64,000 nucleotides of DNA from Eledone cirrhosa. Lineage: Eukaryota. Below the pieces are notes generated by a model. It did not search any database, had not been told where the DNA came from, and saw nothing but the letters and a program-made list of their open reading frames with translations. Below, piece after piece: positions 1 through 11,700 of the stretch. The translations under genes were made by a program, and so were the position numbers. The stretch's first letter is position 1. Every line of letters begins with the position of its first letter. The DNA is taken from positions 28,520,001-28,584,000 of the forward strand of contig OZ024744.1 in NCBI GenBank assembly GCA_964016885.1, given 5' to 3'.

Positions 1-1042
1 AATCATAGTTTCTGGCTCTACGAAGCCAGCCAAGATCCACCAGACGTTAATGTTTGGGAGTATATTTTTATTTTTTATTTTTTGTATCCTGTTTCCCATG
101 TATGTAGGGAAAAAGGTGAATGCTTTTGACACCATTGGTGTCACAGAATATTTTGGGGCGAGTGCCCCGCTTTTAAACAGTACGGAAACACTTCCGTACT
201 GTTTTCCTAGTTGGAGAAAATCGATATTTGCTACAATTTCCTTGAAAGTAGCTTCTATATCTGCTTGACTAACAAATATCGGCTTCCTCGTAGAATTGGA
301 CACAGTCCTAAAGGTGACTGATCTTCGAACTGTGTCTTCCTTTATTTCAAGAGGTGAGTTAATTCTAAATCCACCTTTCTATTCGAAAGTTTCAAATGTT
401 CTCCCTTGCTGGAGCATATCTCTTGCATTGGAGATGTCAAGATTTATAAAAACTTGTTTTTTGTTCACTTTTTCAGCGAAAGACATTTTCTTTTTTTGTG
501 GTGTTGCTGCTGTTGTTGTTGTTATCGTTGTTAGCCTCGGTGTTGGATATCTCAGTTCCTTGACGAGGTGAAACTTTATGTGTAGATGTATCTGTGGAGT
601 TGTTGATGTCTTTTTCATGTGTATGTATGTTAATAGGTTTAATTTCTGTGTTTTCATGTGAGTTAGTGTTATTTTTCTCCGCTTCGACGGTAGAAATTGT
701 ACAATTTTCGAGTGGTAACATTTTTTCCTCTTTGTTGACAGTCGTATCTATGACTACATCCATAGTAGCAGAAGCAGATATAACGTTAAAATCTGCCTCT
801 TTCTCTCTATACGTTCTCCAGTGTTCTTGTGTTATTTATGTTTTATAGTTGGCAAAATTTGATATTTTAAAACAATTTTTAAAATAAAATCTTCGCCCAT
901 AAAGGGGCGAAAAATGGGTTTACCACCCAGCTGACAGTTTGGGGGTTAATCTACAAAATAATATGTTTTTTCAAACAATTTGTTCTGTTTTTCGTATATA
1001 AATTTACAAAAAATCTTACCGGCGATGTTCCACGCGTCAGAC
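1..1042 (-). mobile_element. Tx1-clade LINE copy A: 5' UTR and decayed ORF1 (continues off the left edge)
   Basis: Minus-strand translation (…FINLDISNARDMLQQGRTFETFE*KGGF…PNINVWWI) matches the ORF1 at 28898-29851. It has an in-frame stop near 379 and a frameshift near 480. The 5' end abuts the (GA)n(GATA)n tract at 1043-1070. Confidence 0.8.
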
Positions 1043-1070
1043 AGAGAGAGAGAGATAGATAGATAGATAT

Positions 1071-1986
1071 GTTTCTTTATTAGCCACAGGGGCACAAAAG
1101 AAGGGGACAAATACAAAGGGGGTAGTTTACATACAATAAAAACGTGTAAAATATTATCACAAATGCAATTAAAAAAATTAGTCGATTTTCCCCAATAGGG
1201 GGAGACAGTTCATATGGGTAACACATACCCCCGAAAAAATGTGCAACTCTCATCTCCAGGAGTACATAGAGTTTGTACTCCTTTCCTCTCCTCCTCCTTT
1301 TCCTCAACCTACAGGCTGATATAGAGAGAAGGCCCATTCACTCGGGCCATTCTCGCCACTTTCACCCACCTTTCATAAAACTTGCTGGGGTAGAGCACCT
1401 CTCTCTCCATCCTGATTCTTCTTCCAAAGTGGTATTTGAAAAAAAGAATCAGTTGTTGGCCGGAGAGAAATGTGTCTGACCTCAGCTCTTTCAACCTTGT
1501 CCACCATAAAACCTCTTTCGCCATAGCTATCACACAAAGGAAAACCGCCTCTCCTTCGTTTTTGAAGGAGGGTGGCGGTTTGATCATGACATTGGACTCG
1601 GTGGTCAACCGGATTGGTCCCACCCGCGACAATAGTCGTTCTACATAGCCCCACAGGTTGGTGACGCCCAGGCAGTGTATGAATGCGTGCGCGACGGTTT
1701 CTTCGTCTCGCACGCACCTCGGACAGATCTTTTTTTCAGGGTCTCTGTCCAGGCGCCCATGTCTGTAGAGCTTGTCTCGAACTGGTAGAGCTCCTCGGTA
1801 GCACTGCCAGACCAGGGACTTTTGGAAGTTGTCCATCGGTCCCGGGCGGAAGGTCCTACCGAACAGACTGGCCAGTTCATCTTCCTCTACGCCTAGAGTT
1901 TCACCAAGCGTCGTCGCACTTGCTGCGGATCAACCCTCTATAGAATGACGAAGTGGAGTCTCCACTGATCGCCGGGTCCGCCTGCC
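1071..1986 (-). mobile_element. Tx1-clade LINE copy B, 5'-truncated (ORF2 C-terminal zinc-finger region and 3' UTR)
   Basis: ORF 1309-1836 has CPRC…HAFIHC (zf-RVT) and matches the C-terminus of ORF 59468-60511. The 3' end reads AATAAAGAAAC. A 20-bp TSD AGAGATAGATAGATAGATAT lies at 1051-1070 and 1987-2006. Confidence 0.9.
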
Positions 1987-2649
1987 AGAGATAGATAGAT
2001 AGATATACACACACACGTGTGGTTTTGGTCACAATTGGGTTATCATTCGATTTTGAGAACACAGGGAGAGAGAGAAAGAGAGCCGTGTCGGATGCATACC
2101 AAATATTCTTTTCTTAATACTTCATATGCCACGTAATTCCACTATATTTGATTTTAACGAATGAAAAATAAAGACTTATTTCGTAACGTCTCTACGTTTC
2201 CATATTTATTTTATACTAAAATTAACATTTATTTATCTTTCGGAACAAGATATCTAAACTATGATAAAGTAAGGAGTGCGGGACTGCATACGATTTATTT
2301 TTTTAATCCAGTTAGTAAAATAAGTTGGATTACTTTGAATAAATAATGAATGAATATTACATAATTTATGTACTAAATTTCGTAAAAACAAGTATAACGT
2401 TTTATTTAATTAACACAGTTTAACTCTTTTTTAAAAAACTCATTTGTATAAAAATGTTATATAATGATTATAGAACGAAATCACTAACAAATATAATATA
2501 TACAAAGGAAAGGGAAAGGAAAAAAGAAAGAAAAAATACACAAGCACGTAATACCCACATCTTAGACCCCATAGAACAATATGCAGGCGAAAGAATGGAA
2601 AAACGAGATGCTACCAGAGGAAACGATAGCAATATAGCAAGGAGCACTG

Positions 2650-3112
2650 GGTAACCACTAATAATTTTTTAGGCAAGCCAGCACGCTTGCAGCGTTACCT
2701 GGGGTGATGGCAATGCTGAGGTGCTGGAACAATCAAATGCCCTCACGAGCATCACCAGTTACCTACCTCTCTTTGGCGAGCCGCCTGTGAAGATAAGAAC
2801 CTCGTTGTCAGTAGTCCGACTCACCCCAAATCTAGAAGGACATAGGCTGGATAATGTAGTTAGCTGACAACACGGTATTTTAGGATTTTGTTCCGTTCAG
2901 CTGCTGATGCTGTAGTTCTCGCCCTTACCGCTGTATCCAGGATGTGGGAAGAAGAAAAAGGGTCACTAACTGTGACGTCCCAGGTAAGGCACCTGCCTCA
3001 TGACCAGGAGCATGGAGTAACACCGTCAAGTCTTTTCCCATCAATTCTGGACAGCCTAGACGGTTCCAAAATTGAGGGAATGTTTTCCCGGGCCAAAACC
3101 CTCGAGTGGTAA
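2650..3112 (-). mobile_element. CRE-clade non-LTR retrotransposon fragment (restriction-like endonuclease C-terminus), decayed
   Basis: Minus strand reads IPSILEPSRLSRIDGKRLDGVT…CLTWDVTVSD…QHLSIAITPGNAASVL, the EP…RPD…D and QR.S.A…GNA motifs of CRE RLE domains. Confidence 0.75.
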
Positions 3113-3249
3113 TAGGACTGTGTGCATGTGCACGCGCGAGTTTGACGGTGTTCTTAAATTAGAGACATGTGTGTGTGTGTATCCCTTTCGTTCCTTTTCC
3201 AGATACATTCACACAAACACACATTCTGTGATGGACGGGTGAACAGAAG

Positions 3250-3910
3250 TCCCTCAAATTTATATACATGTGATTGGAGTTCTACTGAAGCAGTTAGAGA
3301 AGTTCAAGTATCTTGGAGCTGTGTTCATGAGTGATGGAATACAGGAGGCTGAATTAAGTGCAAGAATTGCAAAAGCTGATGCAGTAATGCACCAGCATCA
3401 GCATTCAGCAATCAGAAGAAAGGGGTAGGTGTAAAAGCCAAACTCGCTGACTTCCCTGTATTCCTGCCAACTCTTACCGAGGATCATGAATCTTGAGTAA
3501 TGACCAAAAGAATATAATTGCAAATAAAAGCGGCAGAAATGGGATTCCTCCGAAGGGTCTTTGAAGTAACGTTACTCGATAAAATGCAAAACTCAGAGAC
3601 CAGAGAGTCACTCCTGGTAGAGCCGCTACTTCTCCAAATTGAGAGATCACAACTCCGATATTATGAGCATGTGGTCAGAATGTCTCAGTAAAGAATCGCT
3701 GGACACATTTTTCAGGCAACACCAACCGGCAAGAGACCCAGAGGTAGACCCTGAGCAGTTGGATAACATCCATGAGCTTGGCTGGTCCCGCTTTGGGATC
3801 CAGCTGGATCAGTTAGAAATGTTTGCTTCTGACAGACTCGCTGGAAGGAGTGTTTGAGAAGGACTCTGCCCCCACGACCCTCTCAGAAATAATTCGACGT
3901 AGAAGAGATA
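3250..3910 (+). mobile_element. RTE-clade LINE 3' fragment, decayed
   Basis: Reads LKQLEKFKYLGAVFMSDG…ELSARIAKA and …AAEMGFLRRV…LLDK. Its 3' part is homologous to the inverted copy at 40386-40675. Confidence 0.75.
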
Positions 3911-3917
3911 TCAATTT

Positions 3918-3958
<41 letters not shown>

Positions 3959-4149
3959 CGTATAATACGAATATGCACACTAAATATGCTAGCAGAAAAC
4001 CGCCTCTGGGTGGTTTTTCTGCTCGTAATTGTAATATTTATTGAAATTCTTTAAAAAACAAAAACAATTTTAAAATCAAATCAGCAATTCGACAAAATAT
4101 TTTATTTCAGAGTATTAACCTTCTGTGGGGTAATTTAAAAAAAAAAAAA

Positions 4150-4960
4150 ATATATATACAATATACAAGTGGAACCCGTTTCTTCTACAGCAACTACAAT
4201 GGTACGCGATGGGGTTCTCCCACAGCCCCGGCGGACAGAATGGAGAAGACGTTTCCCCGGAGGACGGCGAGGGAGATGCGCTGAAAGAGCCACTCCAACT
4301 CGCGGGGCTCACATCTGCGGCTGGCCAGCTCAGCGACGATGGTGGTGAGTTAGGAGGTAGCCCTGGGGCCGAGGACACCAGAAGTCTCCACTGCCAGGAG
4401 TACGACCGCAAATCTGTCGGATAGCGACCGGTATTTGAGCAGTTTGGCCCCCTCAGCCTGACGTGCAGCAGAACCTGGGTCAGTCGCAGACTGCACCAAG
4501 TTGCGGCTGCAGAAAGTGTCAGTGCAAGCCATGCTTAATGACCTCGTTGAGGGCAGCATGGCGTGGAATGCGGCCGGCACTGTGGCGACAGGAAAGCGGG
4601 TGGAGGCCGAAAGAGTCCACGGTGGAACCGCAGCGACATTGGTGTGTCTGGCAGATCCGGAGGCCGAGCCTCAGGGAAACGCCGATTCTCAGGCTATGGT
4701 TGTCTAGCTGTGTGCCAGTGGAGAAGGAGGGAAGGGCACCGAGCCAGGCACCACTGCGAGGTTTGGAGGCCGCACGAAAACAAGGCGGTACCGGTCGAGC
4801 TGGCGCGTGAGCTTGTCTTAAGCCAGACTGCACAGGAAATCCCAAGTGCTTGGGGGGGGGGGGACTTGACGTCAACAGGGGGAGAAGGAGGAGGGACGTC
4901 TACTGGGTAAGTCCCAGCCGGTCCCACGTTTCACAGGCGGCCTCACGTTCTCTGAACACA
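4150..4960 (-). mobile_element. CRE-clade non-LTR retrotransposon 3' fragment (CCHC zinc knuckle and RLE)
   Basis: ORFs 4519-4875 ([15 protein letters not shown]…[15 protein letters not shown]) and 4350-4580 (AVETSGVLGP), followed by EWLFQRISLAVLRGN. The RPD..D segment is deleted relative to the 46465-47390 copy. Confidence 0.85.
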
Positions 4961-6587
4961 GAGGGTTCTGTTGTATATAGTGAAATAGAGAAGCTTTCGT
5001 TAGAGGAAGCCGAGTCGATTATGTATGTTTTAATATTTAAAAGTATAAATATCCAACAACATTAGCTGATAAATAAAGGAAAGCTGAATTGTTCAATATT
5101 TAGAGAAAAGATTTACGGCCAGAGCAATATTTTCATGGATTATTTTTAGGCTAAATGCTTTAGTCACGCATCAGACTATTAAAGCTAAATACTTACCAAT
5201 ATTACTGGTGTCTGAATGAAAATTAAGGGCTCTGCATAATCAGGTTTGGGACCATACTCTTTAAAATGAAAGCGTGGTCGAACGTTTTTAAGAATCACAT
5301 CTGTGATGACATTTCCTTGTTTCTCTCTGCTGCATATAGATGTAGGGTCTGGGTGGGGTAAACAGACACTGACGAGCCAACGAGAGAACATCTACGTGGT
5401 TTCTTGAAGTTCGTGAATTGACAGTGAAATGCCGCTGAAATGAGGAAAATGCTTGTAATCCTAAACATTGGGGAAAATGCTTGTAATCTTAAACAGTGTA
5501 TTTGTAGAAAAAGAAATATGGTGTCAATCAATTGAGTTATTCCCTTCTATGATCACGATTGTACTGAGTAAATACACACACACACGAGTAGAAGCCGTGT
5601 CGGACGCACACAATGTTTTTTCCTTAATACTTCGTATACCAGGTAATTCCACTCATTTTATTATTTTAAGGAATAAAAAAATAAAGACTTATTTCCACAT
5701 TTATTTTATACTAAAATTAACATTTATTTATCTTTCGATGCAAGATATAATTGTAATATTTATTTAAATTCTTCAAAAACAAACAAATTTAAAATCAAAT
5801 CAGTAATTCGACAAAACATTTTTTTTCCTAAATAGAGAACGAAATAATGTATTTTTATCCATTCTGTTAACAACCATTAAAAAGTTCCAGCAACAAAGAT
5901 GTGACGACAATCGAAGTTTTACCAGCTGTGCTGCAGTATATTTTGAAACATTTCACGAAACAACAGTTCTGTAAACTTAAGACGTTACGAAAATGAAAGG
6001 TTTTTCTCTGCAACAACAGAGGCACCAGTGGTAGCAATTTCCTTTCCAGTGAATTCATGTGTGTCTGAGAAAAAAAAAAAATATATATATATATATATAT
6101 ATCAGAATACATAAATACAGTTGAATGTTGTTTTCATTGAAGAGCATAGAACTGCAGAAACAACTACATCACATTTTGAAATAAAAATCTACCTCATTTA
6201 ATCGTTCTATCCAATAATGGAGATTTAATAACTGATTCCAATTTTCTTTTCCAGGTTATGAACTTAAAAACAGATTTACTAAATTAAAAGAATTCGCCAT
6301 GTTTATCAGTACAAGAGGGCAGCAACACTAAACAAAATTACAGTTTTTTAAACCCTTTCGTTAGAGGAATCCGAGTCGATTATGTATGTTTTAATATTTT
6401 AAAGTATAAATATCCAACAACATTAGGTGATATATAAATGAAAGCTGAACTGTTGTTCAATATTTAGAGAAATAGATTCACATATTATTTTAAGGCTAAA
6501 TGTTTAATACTAAAGGCTTAATACTTACCAATATTACTGGTGTCTGAATCAAATTGAAGGTTTCTGCATACTTTGGGTTTGGGATCA

Positions 6588-7552
6588 TCTATATATATAA
6601 AGCTGTGGTTGTCTGTCTGTCTATCGATTTTTGGCACACATCTCCTCTTAGAATCTCTGACAGAATTGCTCCGAAATTGCTATACTTGTACATTGAACCC
6701 TAGCGAAGACATCGGAAAAAAATTATTTCAAATTGACCCACCCTATGTGACGAAATCTAATCTAATGTATCGATTTTTGAGCGTAAGTGACGAGTTATTT
6801 CCCTTTGTTCTGTTTACATTGAGCGTCTTACGTAAAAAATTACGCTGGCTTTCTCAGCGTTTAAAATGACATTAACACAATACACGAACAGTTGTCGAGC
6901 CAGCAAAATATTGACCTGCAAAATTCATCAGTTCGAACACTAAGCTTCCGTTTTGCTTCATTTCCATTTAAAAGCCTTTTAAAACAATATTTTTACTTGA
7001 AAACAAGTCTATTTAAAGACTACGTAAAACAAGCAAATATTTCGTAAAAAAAAGCAAAAATTATATAAGTTTATTTAAAATATATGTATCTGTAAATTTC
7101 GTTAGGCGTGCAGACAGACAGTCGTGCAGACAGACAGTCGTGCAGAGAGGTGATATAGGCGTGCAGACAGACAGTCGTGCAGAGAGGTGATATAGGCGTG
7201 CAGACAGACAGTCGTGCAGAGAGGTGATATAGGCGTGCAGACAGACATAACTGATAATTTGGTTACGCTAATGTTTTTCTCTGCGTTGCAGTGTTTACAT
7301 TTTCGATCTTTGTTAATAAATAACCAGTGCAGTTTTTATCCCCAGCATCCTCTTTTGTTATAACATTCGGGTTATCGTTATGTTTTCTTAACTTCATAAG
7401 GCATATTGTTGGTTGAGGGAATATTAATCAAAAACACCACATGCAAGTCTGCACAGTAGACACTACAGTTTTTAAGCCAAAAAAGAAACTTAACATTGTA
7501 ACTTTAACACAGCTACTGAGCGACGCCGAGCAACGCCGGGCTTTACTGCTAG
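6588..7552 (+). mobile_element. Non-autonomous Helitron (965 bp)
   Basis: Starts A|TCTATATATATAAAG and ends GC-rich GCCGAGCAACGCCGGGC…CTAG|T with no TSD. The paralogous empty site GGGACCA|TACTCTTTAAAATGAAAG is at 5248-5272. Confidence 0.92.
7104..7246 (+). repeat. 37-bp minisatellite inside the Helitron
   Basis: About 3.5 copies of AGGCGTGCAGACAGACAGTCGTGCAGAGAGGTGATAT. Confidence 0.9.
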
Positions 7553-8220
7553 TGTTCTTTAAAATGAAAGACTGTTCGAGTTTTTTTACGAATCACTTTA
7601 TTAAGGTAGGATTCCCAAATTTCTAATTGGACTGGTTCGCCATTAATTTTGACAGGTTCTTGCTGGAAATAATTTGTTTATTATAAAATAGATTTAACTA
7701 AGTAGATACTAATCATTGAAAAGTTTTATATTGACAATAAAAAAAAATTGAATGAACTATATAAAACATTTCATTTCGTATAAACATTTAGAAATATAAA
7801 GAAAGAAAATACAAGAGAAATACTTAGTATATAATGACAAAAATAAATAATATTTTTAAATAACTTACATCGTTAGAAATATTTAAAGATTAGGCAGCCA
7901 CTGGTAAATTAATTAAAGATTCATGAAATAAATATTTAACTTTCACACTATATATAGTGTTGGTGTTAGCTCACTTGAACAGTCTTTTTTTATTTTGAAT
8001 GGTTGTATTAAGAGTTCACCCCTATAACACAAAATGGATTAACTTAACTGGCAGGTTTTCATGCGCATATAAACACACATAATATATATATATATATATA
8101 TATTAGAAAGTGAGGTTTTTTTTACAAAATGAAAAATAACCGAGGTGTCCTACACGAGTGGAAGTATAAAGAAAAAGAGATGAAATCGAAAATGCAACTG
8201 AAGTCTTATTTTAAAAAAAT

Positions 8221-8722
8221 ATATATATATTTATTTGGTTCCTTTACCGGTTTCGCAGTTCTTCTGCTTTTCAAAAGGTGAGTTGAGATGGAGGGTCTGT
8301 GGTTTTTCTCACATCTGGTTGGTCTCTAAATGTTACTTGTTTTATATGGAAAAAGTGGCTCGAAAGCCAGGTTTTTCGAGAAGTAATTTGATTGGTTTGT
8401 CAATAATTATAATAAATTTCGCGCCAGTTCGCGTTACAATAGTTCTTCAAATAAGAGGTACGTCCAATATTCTATCATATATCTCAACACACAACCCAAG
8501 AAATGCGGAAGCTTACAACACTATTCACAATAACATCCCACTACTAAAACAAAACCCAAGAATGAAAAAAGCCCTTGAAACACACAAAATAATCAAAAGC
8601 AAAAGACAACCAAAATCACTGAAAACATTACTCACCAATGCCAAATTACCTACCACAAACCCACAACCAAGTATCAAAAAATGTGGTCGCTCTAATTGTG
8701 GAACCTGCACTCACCTCATTCA
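8221..8722. mobile_element. Penelope-like element fragment: inverted pLTR end (minus) plus plus-strand RT-thumb/linker piece (Neptune-like zinc finger)
   Basis: 8470-8722 reads YISTHNP…KRQPKSLKTLLT…KKCGRSNCGTC. The minus-strand end carries a hammerhead motif, AATAAA and (TA)n. Confidence 0.75.
8241..8278 (-). ncRNA. Minimal type I hammerhead ribozyme, U3-A8 variant
   Basis: Reverse complement reads CCUU-UUGAAAA-GCAG(AAGAA)CUGC-GAAA-CCGG-UA-AAGG. Stems I and II pair, stem III is the palindrome ACCGGU, and the triplet is GUA. Confidence 0.8.
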
Positions 8723-11700
8723 TATATATATTATGTGTGTTTATAGGTGTGTGAAAATAAAGTGATAGTAATAATTGTTTGTGTGTATTCAACTAATTTC
8801 GCCACCTTTAAGCTGGCTGTCGACTTATTTACGAAAATAGTATACGGAGGCAGTTGAAGGAGAATGTACTGTTATTTCTAGCACACAGATATCATTTTTG
8901 TCCACCATGATATCATATAGAGAAAGGGAACCACGGCACTTCACACTGTCTCTAACTAAAGCTTTTCTTGGTTTGTTGTCTGTTGGTCTAATATAGACAG
9001 GTAACTAAACTGTGTCTGATATAGACAGTTAACTAGACTGTGACTGGTGTAGACAGTTAACCTGACTGTGACTGATATAGACAGTTAACTAGACTGTATC
9101 TGTTGTAGAGAGTTAAACTGACTGTGTCTGCTGTAGATAGTTAACTAGACTGTGTCTAATATAGACAGTTAACTAGATTGTTACTGATATAGACAGTTAA
9201 CTAGACTGTATATGTTGTAGACAGTTAACCTGACTGTGTCTGGTGTAGGTAGTTAACTAGACTGTGTCTAATATAGACAGTTAACTACACTGTGTCTGAT
9301 ATAGACAGTTAACTAGATTGTGTCTGATATAGACAGTAAACAAGACTGTGTCTAATGTAGATAGTAAACAAGACTGTGTCTAATGTAGATAGTTAACTAG
9401 ACTGTGTCTGGTGTAGACAGTTAACTACATTGTGTCTAATATAGACAGTTAACCTGACTGTGTCTGGTGGAGATAGTTACCTAGACTGTGTCTAATCAGG
9501 ACAGTTAACGAGATTGTGTCTGATGTAGATAGTTAACTAGACTGTGTCTGATTTAGACAGTTAACTAGACTGTGTCTAATCAGGACAGTTAACGAGGCTG
9601 TGTCTGATATATACAGTTAACTGGACTATGTCTGATATAGACAGTTAACTAGACTGTGTCTAATATAGGTAGTTAACTAAACTGTGTCTGATAGAGACAG
9701 TTAACCTGACTTTGTCTAGTGTAGACAGTCCACGTGACTGTGTCTGATATAGACAGTTAACCTGACTGTGTTTCATGTAGACAGTTAACTAGACTGTGTC
9801 TGATATAGACAGTTAACCTGACTCTGTCTGATGTTGACAGTTGACTAGACTGTGTCTGATATAGACGGTTAGTCTGACTTTGTCTGATAGACACAGTTAA
9901 CTAGACTGTGTATGATTTAGACAGTTAACTAGACTGTGTCTGATATATACAGTTAACTAGACTGTGTCTGATATGGACGGTTAACTAGACTGTGTCTGAT
10001 ATAGACATTAAAGCTGGCTGTTCATGATATAGACAAATAACTAGACTGTGTCTGATATAGACAGTTAACCTAACTGTGTCTGATGTAGATAGTTAACTAG
10101 ACTGTGTCTAATATAGACAGTTAACTAGATTGTGTCTGGTGCAGACAGTTAACTACACTGTGTCTGATATAGACAGTTAACTAGACTGTGTCTGACATAG
10201 ACAGTAAACTAGATTGTGTCTAATGTAGATAGTTAACTAGACTGTGTCTGGTGTAGACAGTTAACTACACTGTGTCTGATATAGACAGGTAACCTAACTG
10301 TTCTTGATATAGACAGTTAACTAGACTGTGTCTGATATGGACATTTAACATGACTGTGTCTGAGAGTTAATTAGAATGTGTCCGGTAGAGAGTTAATTAG
10401 ACTGTGTCTGAAGTAAATAGTAAAATCGACTGTGTCTGATATAGACAGTTAACCTAAATGTGTTTGATGTAGATAGTTAACTAGACTGTGTCTAATATAG
10501 ACAGTTAACTAGATTGTGTCTGGTGTAGACAGTTAACTACACTGTGTCTGATATAGACAGTTAACTAGACTGTGTCTAATGTAGATAGTTAACTAGACTG
10601 TGTCTGATTTAGACAAGTAAATAAGCTTTGTCTGATGTAGACAGTTAAAATGACTGTCTGATGTAGACAGTTAACTAGACTGTGTCTGATATAGACGGTT
10701 AGCCTGACTTTGTCTGATCGACACAGTTAACTAGACCGTGTATAATTTAGACAGTTAACTAGACTGTGTCTGATATGGAGAGTTAACTAGACTGTGTCTA
10801 ATAAGGACAGTTAACAGGACTCTGTCAGATGTAGACAATTAACCTGAGTGTGTATGATATACACAGTTAAATAGACTGTGTCTGATATAGACAGTTAACC
10901 TGACATCTCTGATATAAACAGATAAGAAGACTCTGTCTGATATAGACAGTTATCTAGACTGTGTCTGATTTAGAGAGTTAACTAGATTGTGTCTGATGTA
11001 GACTTTTAACCTGACTGTGTCAGATATAGTCAGTTAACTAGACTGTTTCTGGTGTAGACAGGTAATCTGACTGTGTCTGGTGTAGACAGTTCACGTGACT
11101 GTGTCTGATATAGACAGTTAACAAGGCTGTGTCTGATATAGCAATTTAACCTGACTGTGTCTCATGTAGACAGTTAACTAGACTGTGTCTGATATATACA
11201 GTTAACTAGACTGTGTCTGATATAGACAGTTAACTAGACTGTGTTTGATATAGAGAGTTAAGCTGGCTGTTCCTGATATAGACAGTTAACTGGACGGTGT
11301 CTGATATAGACAGTTAACCTAACTCTGTCTGATGGAGATAGTTAACGAGACTGTGTCTAATATAGACAGGTAACTAGATTGGGTCTGGTGTAGACAGTTA
11401 ACTACACTGTGTCTGATATAGACAGTTAACTAGACTGTGTCTGATATAGTCAGTTAACCTGACTGTGTCTGATGAGACAGTTAACTAGACCATGTCTAAT
11501 CAGGACAGTTAACGAGACTGTGTCTGATATATACAGTTAACTACACTATGTGTGATGTAGACAGTTAACTAGACTGTGTCTGATATGGACAGTTAACCTG
11601 ACTGTGTCTGATATACAGTTAACTAGACTGTATCTAATATAGGTAGTTAACTAAACTGTGTCTGATAGAGACAGTTAACAAGACTGTGACTGCTATAGAC

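Larger units (their letters stand above)
2040..7605. repeat. Old local tandem duplication, interrupted by different insertions in each copy
   Basis: 2081-2255 resembles 5593-5747; 4027-4105 resembles 5749-5822; 4995-5290 resembles 6355-6587 joined to 7553-7605. Confidence 0.8.

Noticed and set aside
3990-4023. Rho-independent-terminator-like hairpin AGCAGAAAACCGCC…GGTGGTTTTTCTGCT
   Set aside because: The hairpin is real, but the DNA is eukaryotic repeat sequence with no upstream gene. It is more likely a TE remnant.
5300-6350. Host exons (acceptor-like tracts at ~5339 plus, 6254 plus, 6066 minus)
   Set aside because: The frames are short, have no recognisable domain and give no consistent exon chain. 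RNA data would be needed.
8400-8465. Additional hammerhead on the minus strand (UUGAAGA…GAAA)
   Set aside because: Stems II and III do not pair convincingly.
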